Shown in pieces: positions 48,361 to 60,366 of a DNA stretch of 64,000 bases. The translations under genes were made by a program, and so were the position numbers. The DNA comes from an uncultured Mesohalobacter sp. (GTDB taxonomy: Bacteria > Bacteroidota > Bacteroidia > Flavobacteriales > Flavobacteriaceae), in the NCBI GenBank assembly GCA_964577705.1, contig CAZOAD010000007.1, positions 2,621-66,620 on the forward strand, in the 5' to 3' direction. The notes below the pieces were generated by a model. The model did no database searches, was not told where the DNA came from, and saw nothing but the letters and a program-made list of their open reading frames with translations. Position 1 is the first letter of the stretch, and each line of letters starts with the position of its first letter.

Positions 48361-49767
48361 ATGAACACATACGATGTAGCCGTCATCGGCTCTGGACCTG
48401 GAGGATATGTAGCAGCAATACGTTGTGCCCAATTAGGTTTAAAAACTGTTATAATTGAAAAGTATGCAACCAAAGGAGGAACTTGTCTTAATGTAGGTTG
48501 CATTCCATCCAAAGCATTATTGGATTCCTCTCACCATTATGAGGATGCTATCAAAAATTTTGAAGAACACGGTATTGATATTTCAGGCGATGTAAAAGTC
48601 AACCTGGAAAACATGATGAAACGTAAGTCTGGTGTTGTCGATCAAACGACTAAAGGGATTGATTTCTTAATGGATAAAAACGATATTGAGTCTTTACAAG
48701 GAGTTGGATCTTTTAAAGATAAAACCCATATCATCGTTACCGATAATGACGGTAAAGAAACTGAAATTGAGGCTAAAAATACTATTATTGCTACTGGTAG
48801 CAAACCTTCTAGCCTTCCTTTTATTGACATAGATAAGGAGAGAATCATTACCTCAACTGAGGCTCTGTCTTTAAAAGAAATTCCAAAACACCTTATCATG
48901 ATAGGTGGTGGAGTAATTGGACTTGAATTGGGACAGGTTTACAAAAGACTTGGAGCTGAAGTTACGGTTATTGAATATATGGACCGAATCATTCCTGGGA
49001 TGGACAAAGACCAGAGCAAGGAATTGATGAAAGCCATGAAAAAGCAAAAGGCAAAATTCATGCTTTCTCACAAAGTAAAATCTGTAGAGCGCAAAGGCGA
49101 TGAAGTCATTGTAAAAGCAGATGATAAAAATGGAAAAGAAGTAGAATTTAAGGGCGATTACTGTCTGGTTTCAGTAGGTCGTAGACCTTACACAGATGGC
49201 TTAAATGCTGATAAGGCCGGTGTCGACATAAAAGATAACGGTAAAATAAAAGTGAATGAGAAGCTTCAGACTTCTGCCTCTAACATTTATGCGATTGGCG
49301 ATGTTATTGAAGGCTTAATGCTAGCTCACAAGGCTGAAGAAGAAGGCACTTTTGTAGCTGAAGTTATCGCAGGGCAAAAGCCACATATTGATTATAACTT
49401 GATCCCAAACGTAGTTTACACATGGCCTGAGGTTGCTTCAGTAGGAAAAAATGAAGACCAACTTAAAGATGAAAACATCGAATTTAACACTGGAAAATTC
49501 CCTATGCGTGCCTTGGGACGATCCAGAGCTAGTGGCGATGTGGATGGATTTGTGAAAATATTTTCAGACAAGAAGACCGACGAAGTTCTTGGCGTTCACA
49601 TGGTTGGTGCTAGGGTTGCAGATCTTATCGCAGAAGCAGTAACCGCTATGGAATTCCGTGCAAGTGCCGAGGATATTGCAAGAATGAGCCACGCTCACCC
49701 AACTTATGCAGAAGCTGTAAAAGAAGCTGCTCTTGCGGCGACTGGCGACAGAGCTCTACATATTTAA
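48361..49767 (+). CDS. lpdA: Dihydrolipoamide dehydrogenase
   Basis: GSGPGGY, GGTCLNVGCIPSK, GGGVIGLE, HAHPTYAE. Confidence 0.97.
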   Translation: MNTYDVAVIGSGPGGYVAAIRCAQLGLKTVIIEKYATKGGTCLNVGCIPSKALLDSSHHYEDAIKNFEEHGIDISGDVKVNLENMMKRKSGVVDQTTKGIDFLMDKNDIESLQGVGSFKDKTHIIVTDNDGKETEIEAKNTIIATGSKPSSLPFIDIDKERIITSTEALSLKEIPKHLIMIGGGVIGLELGQVYKRLGAEVTVIEYMDRIIPGMDKDQSKELMKAMKKQKAKFMLSHKVKSVERKGDEVIVKADDKNGKEVEFKGDYCLVSVGRRPYTDGLNADKAGVDIKDNGKIKVNEKLQTSASNIYAIGDVIEGLMLAHKAEEEGTFVAEVIAGQKPHIDYNLIPNVVYTWPEVASVGKNEDQLKDENIEFNTGKFPMRALGRSRASGDVDGFVKIFSDKKTDEVLGVHMVGARVADLIAEAVTAMEFRASAEDIARMSHAHPTYAEAVKEAALAATGDRALHI

Positions 49768-49789
49768 ATTTATAAATTGACTTAAAATC

Positions 49790-49820
49790 AAGCCGATATA
49801 GCAATGTATCGGCTTTTTTT
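49790..49820 (+). terminator. Intrinsic terminator after lpdA
   Basis: AAGCCGATA / TATCGGCTT followed by a T-tract. Confidence 0.8.
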
Positions 49821-49989
49821 ATTCTGATCCTGCCTTGCAAGGAAGGCAGTCAGTTTTGTGAAATAGCTTTGAAAAGCTAAAGCAGTTATCTTTAAGTTGA
49901 AGCTGAATTAATGCCCGGCACTAAGTTGGGTAGAGCTTAAATGTTTTCTAATAAAAGTCGTAAGTTTCGTTCACCTAAAGTATTCAAAC

Positions 49990-50691
49990 ATGAAAGTAGC
50001 TGGAATAGATTCTTGCCCACTGGGATGGATTGTCATTCTTTATGAACATAATAAACTCTCATTTGAAGCGGTAGAATCAATTGACGAATTGATAGAATTA
50101 CATCCAGACTTAGATAGGATTTTCATTGATATTCCTATCGGGCTATCCTCCAAAAAATTCACAAGATCCATCGAGTTTAAATTGAGAAAAGAGCTAGGCA
50201 ACAGATCTTCTACGATTTTTACCCCAGCCTGTAGGAAGGCAATTTATGCTGCCGATTACGACCAAGCCAGAGCGATAAATAAAGAAATTCTGGGAAAAAG
50301 TATTTCCATACAGAGTTACAATATTTCAAAAAAAATTAAAGAAGTAGATCAATTCTTGAAATCCAAAACTGAAGATTTAGAAATTTACGAAAGTCATCCA
50401 GAAATCTGCTTTAAATATTTGAAAGATTCGGAGGTCATTCAATCTAAAAAGTCAACTCAAGAAGGGTTCCAGGAACGATTCGAATTACTTCTTAAACATG
50501 ATTCAGAGTTTAAAAAACTCTATCACAGCATTACAGAAAAGTATCTGAAATCGAAAGTAAAGCCAGATGATATTCTGGATGCCATGGTGCTATGCGTGGC
50601 TAATTCAAAAAGCGATTTATTAGGACTACGATTTGTAGAAGATGAAAATAATGTAGACGATCAAGGCCTTTTTGTGAAAGTGGCTTATTAA
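49990..50691 (+). CDS. DUF429-family predicted nuclease (RNase H-like fold)
   Basis: AGIDSCPLGW, IDIPIGL, YESHPEICF, DDILDA. Confidence 0.8.
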   Translation: MKVAGIDSCPLGWIVILYEHNKLSFEAVESIDELIELHPDLDRIFIDIPIGLSSKKFTRSIEFKLRKELGNRSSTIFTPACRKAIYAADYDQARAINKEILGKSISIQSYNISKKIKEVDQFLKSKTEDLEIYESHPEICFKYLKDSEVIQSKKSTQEGFQERFELLLKHDSEFKKLYHSITEKYLKSKVKPDDILDAMVLCVANSKSDLLGLRFVEDENNVDDQGLFVKVAY

Positions 50692-50701
50692 AGATTTGTT
50701 A

Positions 50702-50883
50702 GATTGAGCATAGTCGAATCCTAATTTAAAGACGTTGATCATTAGAACTTCTCGACTGCGCTACCAACGAAGTTTTAGTATAAATTACTGATATTCAAAC
50801 TGTTTTGTTTAAGTTCGACCCCTTCGGCTATCGCTCTGGATAAACTGTGTCGAGAACCAACCACATCTCGACTCCGCTCGATG
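50702..50883. repeat. Cluster of degenerate, nested REP-like palindromic units (TCGACTnCGCTC core)
   Basis: GAGCATAGTCGAA (50706-18), TTCTCGACTGCGCT (50749-62), CCTTCGGCTATCGCTC (50821-36), GTCGAGAAC (50849-57), CATCTCGACTCCGCTCGATG (50864-83). Confidence 0.65.
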
Positions 50884-51003
50884 CTAAAACATATATTAAT
50901 CGTCACTATATATCAAATGAAATTCCAAAATTTACAGGGGGCTCGAAGAGATAATAATTTAATATTTGACTATCGATGTCCAGTTCAACTAAATACAGAC
51001 ATG

Positions 51004-51642
51004 CTAACGACCTGCTATAATATCCTGAAAAATAGGTTTGAAGCCAGATAGGAAGAATTCGATGGCGATGACCATTATAATAAGACCCATCAATCTCATC
51101 AACACATTATTCCCCGTTTGTCCGAGGAGTTTTATAATTTTTCCAGCACTTAGCAGTATGGCCAAGGTAAGACCCATCACCAGGATAATAGCACCAATAA
51201 GAACGGCTTGCATTTCAACAGATTGAGCATCTTCCATCATTACAATCGCATTGGTGATGGCGCCAGGCCCACAAATCATTGGGATTGCCAGTGGAGTGAT
51301 AGAAATATCGTTGACATAAGTTTTGATCTCTGCTTCCTGGACTTTTACTTTACCAAGTCTGGCTTGTAGCATGTCCATCCCCATCAAAAAGAAAATGATT
51401 CCCCCAACGACTCGAAAACTATTCACAGAAATCCCAAAAAATTTAAATAAAATCTGACCTGTAAAGGCGAAAATGATGATCGTTACAAAAGAAGCTATAA
51501 TCGCTTTTTTGGCAGTAGATTTTCTGCTAGCCTGATCCAAGTCGGATGTCATCGTCATGAAAATAGGCATTACTCCCAATGGATTGATAATAGTAAAAAA
51601 GGTAGTAAAGGATAAAATTCCAAAAGCGATTAACTCTGTCAT
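51004..51642 (-). CDS. MarC-family membrane protein
   Basis: IINPLG, FGISVNSFRVVGG, ITPLAIPMICGPG, RLMGLI. Confidence 0.92.
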   Translation of the reverse strand: MTELIAFGILSFTTFFTIINPLGVMPIFMTMTSDLDQASRKSTAKKAIIASFVTIIIFAFTGQILFKFFGISVNSFRVVGGIIFFLMGMDMLQARLGKVKVQEAEIKTYVNDISITPLAIPMICGPGAITNAIVMMEDAQSVEMQAVLIGAIILVMGLTLAILLSAGKIIKLLGQTGNNVLMRLMGLIIMVIAIEFFLSGFKPIFQDIIAGR

Positions 51643-51809
51643 TATTAGTTATTTATAGTCTGATTAAAATTTGCAAAAGTATTTTGAATTTTCTGATTGA
51701 CAATACCTATCTCTAGAAATATTAACAATTTTTTTTAAATAAAAACCCAGGCAACCTTCAGACTCAAAAAAGAGCACTCACTTACGTGTTTTATTCTTGA
51801 AAAAAGCCT

Positions 51810-51837
51810 ACGAAAACGTTTGAGTTTTTTACTTTTG
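51810..51837 (+). promoter_or_regulatory. gap promoter -7 box with an adjacent LacI/cre-like palindrome
   Basis: ACGAAAACGTTTGAGT (51810-25), then TACTTTTG (51830-37). Confidence 0.45.
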
Positions 51838-51865
51838 CCGAAAATTTTTAAAATTATACTTCGTA

Positions 51866-53314
51866 ATGAATCCATCTCAAGTTTATGAAAAAGAACTTTC
51901 CTTCCAAGCCGACAGACGTCGGGACTCGGTAAAGTTTATTAGTATCGTTAACGACCTTTGGTATGAAAAATCTATCGAACTCGTTTTGTTTAGAAATTCA
52001 CTTATCAACAAAAACGTGGGTGAAATCTTGAAACTTCATGAGTATGCAGGAAGATTTGTGGACAAACCCATTTCCATTTTCGATTCTACGGAAGTTGCAG
52101 AAGGCATCAAAAATCTAAACCTCCCACCGTCCAAGTTGGATATTGGGAAACTCACGTTTGAATATCTTCAAAACGGAAATAAAGATCAAAATGTGATGAG
52201 TTTCCTTTCCAATAAACTCAAAAAGGCAGAAGATTTCAATTCAATTACTCCTAAAGATGTAGTGCTTTACGGTTTTGGTAGAATTGGTCGCCTTATCGCC
52301 AGAGAATTGATGGCGAAAACTGGAAAAGGGAATCAATTGAGACTTAGAGCCATTGTTACCAGAGGAGAACTTAATCAAGAAGCTTTAGAAAAAAGGGCTT
52401 CATTACTTAAAAACGATTCTATTCACGCCGATTTTAATGGTACGGTACAAATTGATGTTGAAAATTCAGCTTTGATTATAAATGATACCACTGTCAAGAT
52501 GATTTCTGCTAATAAACCAGAAGACATTGATTATACCATATATGGCATCAATAAAGCATTGATAATTGATAATACCGGCGCTTTTAGAGATCAGGAAGCC
52601 CTTAACAGGCATCTTCAGTCTAAAGGCGCAGATAAAGTCTTGTTGACTGCTCCCGGAAAAGGCATTCCAAATATCGTTCATGGGGTGAACCATAAAAATT
52701 ACGATATAAAAAAACACTCCATTTTCTCAGCAGCATCTTGTACAACAAATGCCATAACACCAGTCCTAAAAGCTATTGAAGATAATTTTGGAATTGAACA
52801 TGGCCACTTAGAAACCATACACGCATACACCAACGATCAAAACCTGGTTGACAACATGCACAGCAAATACAGACGTGGTCGTGCTGCTGCACTCAACATG
52901 GTCATTACAGAAACCGGTGCTGGAAAAGCTGTTGCAAAGGCACTGCCTCAACTGGAAGGTAAATTAACTTCCAATGCTATTAGGGTTCCTGTTCCCAATG
53001 GATCTTTAGCGATTTTAAATTTGAATCTAAAAACAAAGACTTCAAAAGAAGCACTTAACGCCAAAATAAAAGAAGCAGCCTTAAATGGTGACTTAGTAGA
53101 GCAAATTAAATACTCGATTGATAATGAGCTTGTCTCATCAGACATTGTTGGGGTTTCAGCTCCAGCTATATTTGATAGCCATGCTACAATAACAGATGAA
53201 AACACTAATTCTGTCGTTCTTTACATATGGTACGATAACGAGTTTGGGTATAGCCATCAAGTCATACGGCTTGCAAAATATGTCTCCAATGTAAGGCGAT
53301 TTACATATTACTAG
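51866..53314 (+). CDS. gap: Glyceraldehyde-3-phosphate dehydrogenase, long form with N-terminal extension
   Basis: YGFGRIGR at about aa 134, AASCTTNA catalytic Cys, HAYTNDQN, WYDNEFGY. Confidence 0.93.
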   Translation: MNPSQVYEKELSFQADRRRDSVKFISIVNDLWYEKSIELVLFRNSLINKNVGEILKLHEYAGRFVDKPISIFDSTEVAEGIKNLNLPPSKLDIGKLTFEYLQNGNKDQNVMSFLSNKLKKAEDFNSITPKDVVLYGFGRIGRLIARELMAKTGKGNQLRLRAIVTRGELNQEALEKRASLLKNDSIHADFNGTVQIDVENSALIINDTTVKMISANKPEDIDYTIYGINKALIIDNTGAFRDQEALNRHLQSKGADKVLLTAPGKGIPNIVHGVNHKNYDIKKHSIFSAASCTTNAITPVLKAIEDNFGIEHGHLETIHAYTNDQNLVDNMHSKYRRGRAAALNMVITETGAGKAVAKALPQLEGKLTSNAIRVPVPNGSLAILNLNLKTKTSKEALNAKIKEAALNGDLVEQIKYSIDNELVSSDIVGVSAPAIFDSHATITDENTNSVVLYIWYDNEFGYSHQVIRLAKYVSNVRRFTYY

Positions 53315-53319
53315 AACAG

Positions 53320-53348
53320 AAAAAATCCTTAAGAAATTAAGGATTTTT
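53320..53348 (+). terminator. Terminator after gap
   Basis: AAAAATCCTTAA-GAAA-TTAAGGATTTTT. Confidence 0.7.
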
Positions 53349-53409
53349 ATTTTTCAATTTACTTCCTATTACATGCATTTTAAATACTTTTGCTGTAAAT
53401 TCTAGTTTT

Positions 53410-54021
53410 ATGAAATCTATACACTTTCTAATAGTTGCTTTGTTTTTCACAATCTTAACTTCTGCACAAGATACTTCAGAAGTAGAACAAGCTAAAGACC
53501 CTTCAGCCATTGAAGATCTTAGAACTGTTGTTGATGAATCTAACAATTATCAACAATACAAAGTGATTGAAAAAGTGGAAATCAATGCAGCGATCAAAAA
53601 AGTATTTTCAGAATTTGATCTTTTGACTGCTGAAATTTCAGAATTAAAGGACAGCATACAGTCTCAAGACAAACAAATTCAATCTCTGAAGAAAGAAGTT
53701 TCAGGTCTTAATACCGAATTGACGAATCTTCAAAGTGAAAAGGATGAGATTCAGTTTTTAGGGATGTCTTTAACCAAGTCAGCCTACAATCTCATGGTTT
53801 GGTCTATCATTGGTGTTTTAATAGCTCTATTGTTGTTTTTCATATTCAAATTCAACAGAAGTAATTTATTGACAAAAGAGGCGAAGCAAAATCTTAAAAA
53901 TCTTGATGCCGATTACGAAAACTACAAGCGAATTGCTCTAGAGAAACAGCAAAAATTAGGCAGACAACTTCAAGACGAAAAGAATAAAAATCAAAAATTG
54001 AATAAGGGCAATCAAAAATAA
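53410..54021 (+). CDS. Exported coiled-coil protein with a single TM anchor
   Basis: Signal peptide, YQQYKVI, heptad region, TM (VWSIIGVLIALLLFFIF), cytoplasmic coiled coil. Confidence 0.75.
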   Translation: MKSIHFLIVALFFTILTSAQDTSEVEQAKDPSAIEDLRTVVDESNNYQQYKVIEKVEINAAIKKVFSEFDLLTAEISELKDSIQSQDKQIQSLKKEVSGLNTELTNLQSEKDEIQFLGMSLTKSAYNLMVWSIIGVLIALLLFFIFKFNRSNLLTKEAKQNLKNLDADYENYKRIALEKQQKLGRQLQDEKNKNQKLNKGNQK

Positions 54022-55319
54022 TGTCTAAAGTTGAGAGTTTTTATGAGTTTTTGACAGAAGATGACGAGAACAGAATTTGTGAGTCTATCCCGGATTCTCA
54101 ATGCACCAACCTTCCAAAAAATTTTACTCTAAATATTTTCAACGGTAGTCTCACAAAACTTGCCGAAAAATTAATAAGTCCAGGGCTCACTTTACCCTGG
54201 ATTTTGAGTTTTTTAGGTGCCCCTCTTTTTCTTATTGGAATGCTTGTGCCTATTAAAGACGTAGGATCTCTCTTACCCCAATTATTGGTAAGTGGAAAAC
54301 TTAGAGAAAAAGAAAAAAGAAAACCCTATTGGGTTGGCGCTGGTCTTACACAAGGTATTTGCCTCTTTATTTCATCTATCCTACTTCTTGTTATTGAAAA
54401 TCAAGTTTTAGTGAGTTATGCTATAGTGGTTTTATTATTGATTTTCAGTATAGCTTCAGGGGTTGGCTCAGTAAGCTTCAAGGACGTTACAGGCAAAACT
54501 ATACCTAAAGGAGAAAGAGGACAAATGCTAAGCTATAGATCTACCTTCGGAGGAGCCTTAGCCTTGATTGCTGGTGGAGTTTTAGTTTTCTTTTTAAGAG
54601 GTGAAGAAAGTAAATGGCTTTATGTCCTATTGTTTGCAAGTGCTTCTATACTTTGGATCGTTGCCTCTATTATTTTTTCTAAAATAGAGGAACACTCTGG
54701 TGCAACAGAAGGAGGAAGAACACCTATCCAAGAACTGAAAACAGGAGCCTCACTTTTAAGAAAAGATACGTCTTACAGAAATTTTATCATCACCAGAGCT
54801 TTACTCATGGCTATTCCCCTGCTCAATCCATTTTTTATACTACTAGCTAAAGATGTGAGTCAGGAAAAATGGAATTACCTTGGCGTAATTATTATTATTG
54901 GCAGTTTGGCTCAAATCCTAAGCAGTCCATTTTGGGGTCGACTAGCGGATAAGTCTAGTTTACAGTTGATGCGGATTTCTGCTGCACTTTCTATTTTAAG
55001 TATTTTATATGCCCTGGTATTTGTTTATTTTGATAGTGAAGTCTTTAATTTTTTCTATTTCATGCCCGTCTTATTCATTAATGGTGTCGCATATTCTGGA
55101 GCCAGATTAAGCCGAAAAACATATATCATAGATTATTCGCCAGAAGAAGAAAGACCCACTTATGTTTCTGTAGCAAATACCTTAATTGGTTTATTTACAA
55201 TTGTTGCAGCTAGTTTTGGCTTGATCGCAGAATATTTTGGCTTAGCCTATCAGTTATGGTTTTTTCTATTGCTATTAGTTGCCTGTATCTTATTGAGCTT
55301 CACCCTTAAAAAAGTTTAA
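54021..55319 (+). CDS. MFS transporter
   Basis: About 12 TM helices, [32 protein letters not shown]. Confidence 0.85.
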   Translation: MSKVESFYEFLTEDDENRICESIPDSQCTNLPKNFTLNIFNGSLTKLAEKLISPGLTLPWILSFLGAPLFLIGMLVPIKDVGSLLPQLLVSGKLREKEKRKPYWVGAGLTQGICLFISSILLLVIENQVLVSYAIVVLLLIFSIASGVGSVSFKDVTGKTIPKGERGQMLSYRSTFGGALALIAGGVLVFFLRGEESKWLYVLLFASASILWIVASIIFSKIEEHSGATEGGRTPIQELKTGASLLRKDTSYRNFIITRALLMAIPLLNPFFILLAKDVSQEKWNYLGVIIIIGSLAQILSSPFWGRLADKSSLQLMRISAALSILSILYALVFVYFDSEVFNFFYFMPVLFINGVAYSGARLSRKTYIIDYSPEEERPTYVSVANTLIGLFTIVAASFGLIAEYFGLAYQLWFFLLLLVACILLSFTLKKV

Positions 55320-55320
55320 C

Positions 55321-55998
55321 ATGAGAATTGATATCATCACCGTAGTTCCAGATTTATTAAAAAGTCCTTTTGAAGCCTCTATTCTTAAGAGAGCAATTGA
55401 TAAAGGATTGGTTGAAATTCACTTTCATAACCTGAGGGACTTTACCACTTCAAACTATAAACAAATTGACGATTACCAATATGGTGGCGGAGCAGGAATG
55501 GTGATGATGGTAGAGCCCATAGATAAGTGTATTTCAAAATTAAAATCTGAAAGAGATTACGATGAAGTAATCTATTTAACACCAGATGGCGAAGTACTTA
55601 ATCAAAACATGGCTAACACTCTCTCGTTAAAGGGAAACTTAATTATGCTTTGTGGCCATTATAAAGGTGTAGACCAGAGGGTGAGGGATTTATTTATTAC
55701 CAAAGAAATATCTATTGGGGATTATGTTCTTTCTGGTGGAGAATTAGCTGCAGCTGTTCTTTGTGATTCAATCATAAGGTTAATACCAGGGGTTTTAGGA
55801 AATGAGACTTCTGCATTGACAGATGCCTTTCAGGATAACCTGTTATCCCCTCCAATTTATACAAGACCCGCCAATTATAAAGGTCTTGAGGTTCCTGAAA
55901 TTCTGCTAAGCGGACATCAAAAGAAAATTGACAACTGGCGGGATGACAAAGCACTGCAAAGAACCAAAGACCGAAGACCAGATTTATTGGAAGAATAA
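55321..55998 (+). CDS. trmD: tRNA (guanine-N1)-methyltransferase
   Basis: [46 protein letters not shown]. Confidence 0.97.
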   Translation: MRIDIITVVPDLLKSPFEASILKRAIDKGLVEIHFHNLRDFTTSNYKQIDDYQYGGGAGMVMMVEPIDKCISKLKSERDYDEVIYLTPDGEVLNQNMANTLSLKGNLIMLCGHYKGVDQRVRDLFITKEISIGDYVLSGGELAAAVLCDSIIRLIPGVLGNETSALTDAFQDNLLSPPIYTRPANYKGLEVPEILLSGHQKKIDNWRDDKALQRTKDRRPDLLEE

Positions 55999-56030
55999 AG
56001 TATCCTACTTGCATAATTATTATTTTTGAT

Positions 56031-56038
56031 TACTTTTG
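56031..56038 (+). promoter_or_regulatory. -7 promoter element for rplS
   Basis: TACTTTTG, with a TTG about 20 nt upstream (56009-11). Confidence 0.6.
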
Positions 56039-56044
56039 CAATCT

Positions 56045-56084
56045 CTAAATCAACCTCTGACGAAATCCGTGAATGTTGGTTTAG
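56045..56084 (+). ncRNA. Probable L19 ribosomal-protein leader (L19-Flavobacteria type)
   Basis: Hairpin CTAAATCAAC / GTTGGTTTAG with an internal loop and inner ACG-AAATC-CGT, lying between the -7 box and the rplS ATG. Confidence 0.65.
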
Positions 56085-56106
56085 GTAATAGAAAAACTAA
56101 AATATA

Positions 56107-56457
56107 ATGGATTTAGTAAAGTTTGTTCAAGACGAGTTTGTAGAAAAGAAAGATTTTCCAAAATTTTCTTCTGGTGATACTATCACAGTTTACTACGAAA
56201 TCAAAGAAGGTCAGAAAACACGTACACAGTTCTTTAAAGGGGTTGTTATACAAGTGAAAGGATCTGGCGCATCAAAGACATTTACCATTCGTAAGATGAG
56301 TGGTACAGTAGGAGTTGAAAAGATATTCCCTATCAACATGCCTGCAATTCAAAAAATTGAAATCAATAAAAGAGGTAGCGTTAGACGTGCTAGAATTTAT
56401 TATTTCAGAAACCTTACTGGTAAAAAAGCAAGAATTAAAGAAAAAAGAACGAACTAA
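56107..56457 (+). CDS. rplS: 50S ribosomal protein L19
   Basis: GDTITV, TFTIRKMSGTVGVEKIFP, GSVRRARIYYFR. Confidence 0.98.
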   Translation: MDLVKFVQDEFVEKKDFPKFSSGDTITVYYEIKEGQKTRTQFFKGVVIQVKGSGASKTFTIRKMSGTVGVEKIFPINMPAIQKIEINKRGSVRRARIYYFRNLTGKKARIKEKRTN

Positions 56458-56477
56458 GTTCAATTTTCAAAACATAG

Positions 56478-56510
56478 AAACCTTCTCTCAATTACGAAAG
56501 AAGGTTTTTT
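56478..56510 (+). terminator. Terminator after rplS
   Basis: AAACCTTCT / AGAAGGTTT followed by a T-tract. Confidence 0.7.
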
Positions 56511-56614
56511 GTTTTTAACAGGTTTATAACCTTGTAAGCAAGGTCTATACGGCCTTATTTCTTTATATTTGAGAGGTTTAATTTCATATAAACAATTCAT
56601 AAAACAACACATAA

Positions 56615-58807
<2,193 letters not shown>

Positions 58808-58819
58808 GGAAATTATGGT

Positions 58820-58851
58820 AAAAAAAAAGCCTTCCGTTATGGAAAGCTTTT
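58820..58851 (-). terminator. Terminator after rpmE2
   Basis: AAAAGCCTTCC / GGAAAGCTTTT; the A-run gives a U-tract on the minus strand. Confidence 0.7.
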
Positions 58852-58872
58852 ACATATAAATAGCGGTTAAGC

Positions 58873-59133
58873 TTATTTTTCTTCCTTTTTAAATTTCTTG
58901 TACTTGTTTTTAAACTTATCAATACGTCCAGCACTATCAACAAGCTTGGTTTTTCCTGTGTAGAAAGGATGAGAGCTTCTTGAGATCTCAAGCTTAATCA
59001 AAGGATATTCATTACCATCTACTTCGATAGTTTCTTTAGTTTGAGCTGTAGACTTAGTTAAAAATACATCATCGTTAGACATATCTTTAAATGCTACTAA
59101 TCTATAATTTTCTGGATGTATTCCTTTTTTCAT
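58873..59133 (-). CDS. rpmE2: 50S ribosomal protein L31 type B (no Zn-binding Cys)
   Basis: [26 protein letters not shown]; -7 box TAAATTTG at 59172-59165. Confidence 0.95.
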   Translation of the reverse strand: MKKGIHPENYRLVAFKDMSNDDVFLTKSTAQTKETIEVDGNEYPLIKLEISRSSHPFYTGKTKLVDSAGRIDKFKNKYKKFKKEEK

Positions 59134-59230
59134 CGTAACGTCTTTACTAATTTATTTCAGGTTGCAAATTTAACTAAAAGATTATATTACACAAACAAAT
59201 AATTGAATTATTAAAACAATATTTCAAAGC

Positions 59231-60229
59231 TCAAGATAAGAAGTCAGTTATGTACTTCTCAAGTTTTTCTGGCTGGTTAATAATTTGTGTTTCTATAGGT
59301 ATATAGAACAATTGGTCTGATTTCAAATTTGATTTCAAACGCATATAATCCTTTTGAGTAGTCAGGATTTTAGATTGCTTTTGAAGGGCTTCTAGCTCAC
59401 TTCTGGAAAACTCATGATGGTCTGGAAACTTCATATGGTCAAAGTTTTTATCCAAGGACTTCAAATGATTCACCAGTGGCTTGGGATTAGCAATACCCGT
59501 TACTAAAGTGAAGTCATCGAACTCAACTAACTTTTCCTTTTTAATCTCATCCGTAACAAATTCAGAATAGGAAATTGAAGAAAAAAGGAGTCTTTGATGG
59601 GTTTTAAGTTTGAGCTGACTAAAAATCTTTTTTTGCTCTTCGACGGAGAGTGTTGGTGGACATTTGGTTACTACAATAATTTGAGCACGCTTGGCTCCCG
59701 TCTGAAATTCTCTTAGATTTCCTGTTGGCAGGACAAAATCTTTGGTATATAGGTCACCATAGGTCGTTAATAATATGATTAAGCTTGGCTTTACTTTTCT
59801 ATGCTGAAAGGCATCATCGAGTAGAATCAGGTTTAGCTTAGGATGTTTTTTTAGCAATTCTGAAATACCCCTCTGGCGGTTGGCGTCTACAGCTACTGTA
59901 ATCTCAGGATAATTAGTCTTGAATTGAAGTGGCTCATCCCCTACCTCTGCTGTGGTGTGCTGAGAATCAACTTCTAGAAAGCCGCTCGTCGTTCGTTTAT
60001 AACCTCTACTAAGTGTAGCTAACTGGTATTTTTCTTTCAAAATTCTTATCAACAATTCAATCATAGGGGACTTACCTGTACCGCCTGTATTTAGATTGCC
60101 AACGCAGATAATGGGAATGGGATAGGACTTGGATGTGAAAATGCCAACGGTATAGAAAAAATTTCTCACAGACATGATGCAGCCGTAAATAACCGAAAAG
60201 GGAAAGAGTAAATATCTCAAGTATTGCAT
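59231..60229 (-). CDS. lpxK: Tetraacyldisaccharide 4'-kinase
   Basis: VGNLNTGGTGKSP, LSRGYKR, VGDEP, LDDAFQHR, FPDHH, TTQKD. ATG at 60229 is preferred over the track's 60286. Confidence 0.95.
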   Translation of the reverse strand: MQYLRYLLFPFSVIYGCIMSVRNFFYTVGIFTSKSYPIPIICVGNLNTGGTGKSPMIELLIRILKEKYQLATLSRGYKRTTSGFLEVDSQHTTAEVGDEPLQFKTNYPEITVAVDANRQRGISELLKKHPKLNLILLDDAFQHRKVKPSLIILLTTYGDLYTKDFVLPTGNLREFQTGAKRAQIIVVTKCPPTLSVEEQKKIFSQLKLKTHQRLLFSSISYSEFVTDEIKKEKLVEFDDFTLVTGIANPKPLVNHLKSLDKNFDHMKFPDHHEFSRSELEALQKQSKILTTQKDYMRLKSNLKSDQLFYIPIETQIINQPEKLEKYITDFLS

Positions 60230-60366
60230 GACTGCGAAATTATAATTTTTAAATTTATACCAAATTAATCGTAAACTTCTAATCAAAATATTTAGTAATG
60301 AAATAAATGTGTTTTAGATCGACATTTCGTAATTAAATTGAAAATTGAATTTTAAACAAATTTCTA

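Noticed and set aside
50702..50883. CRISPR array
   Set aside because: Units are short, degenerate, in both orientations and irregularly spaced; no cas genes.
53410..54021. Second tRNA methyltransferase near trmD
   Set aside because: No SPOUT motifs; it is an exported coiled-coil membrane protein.
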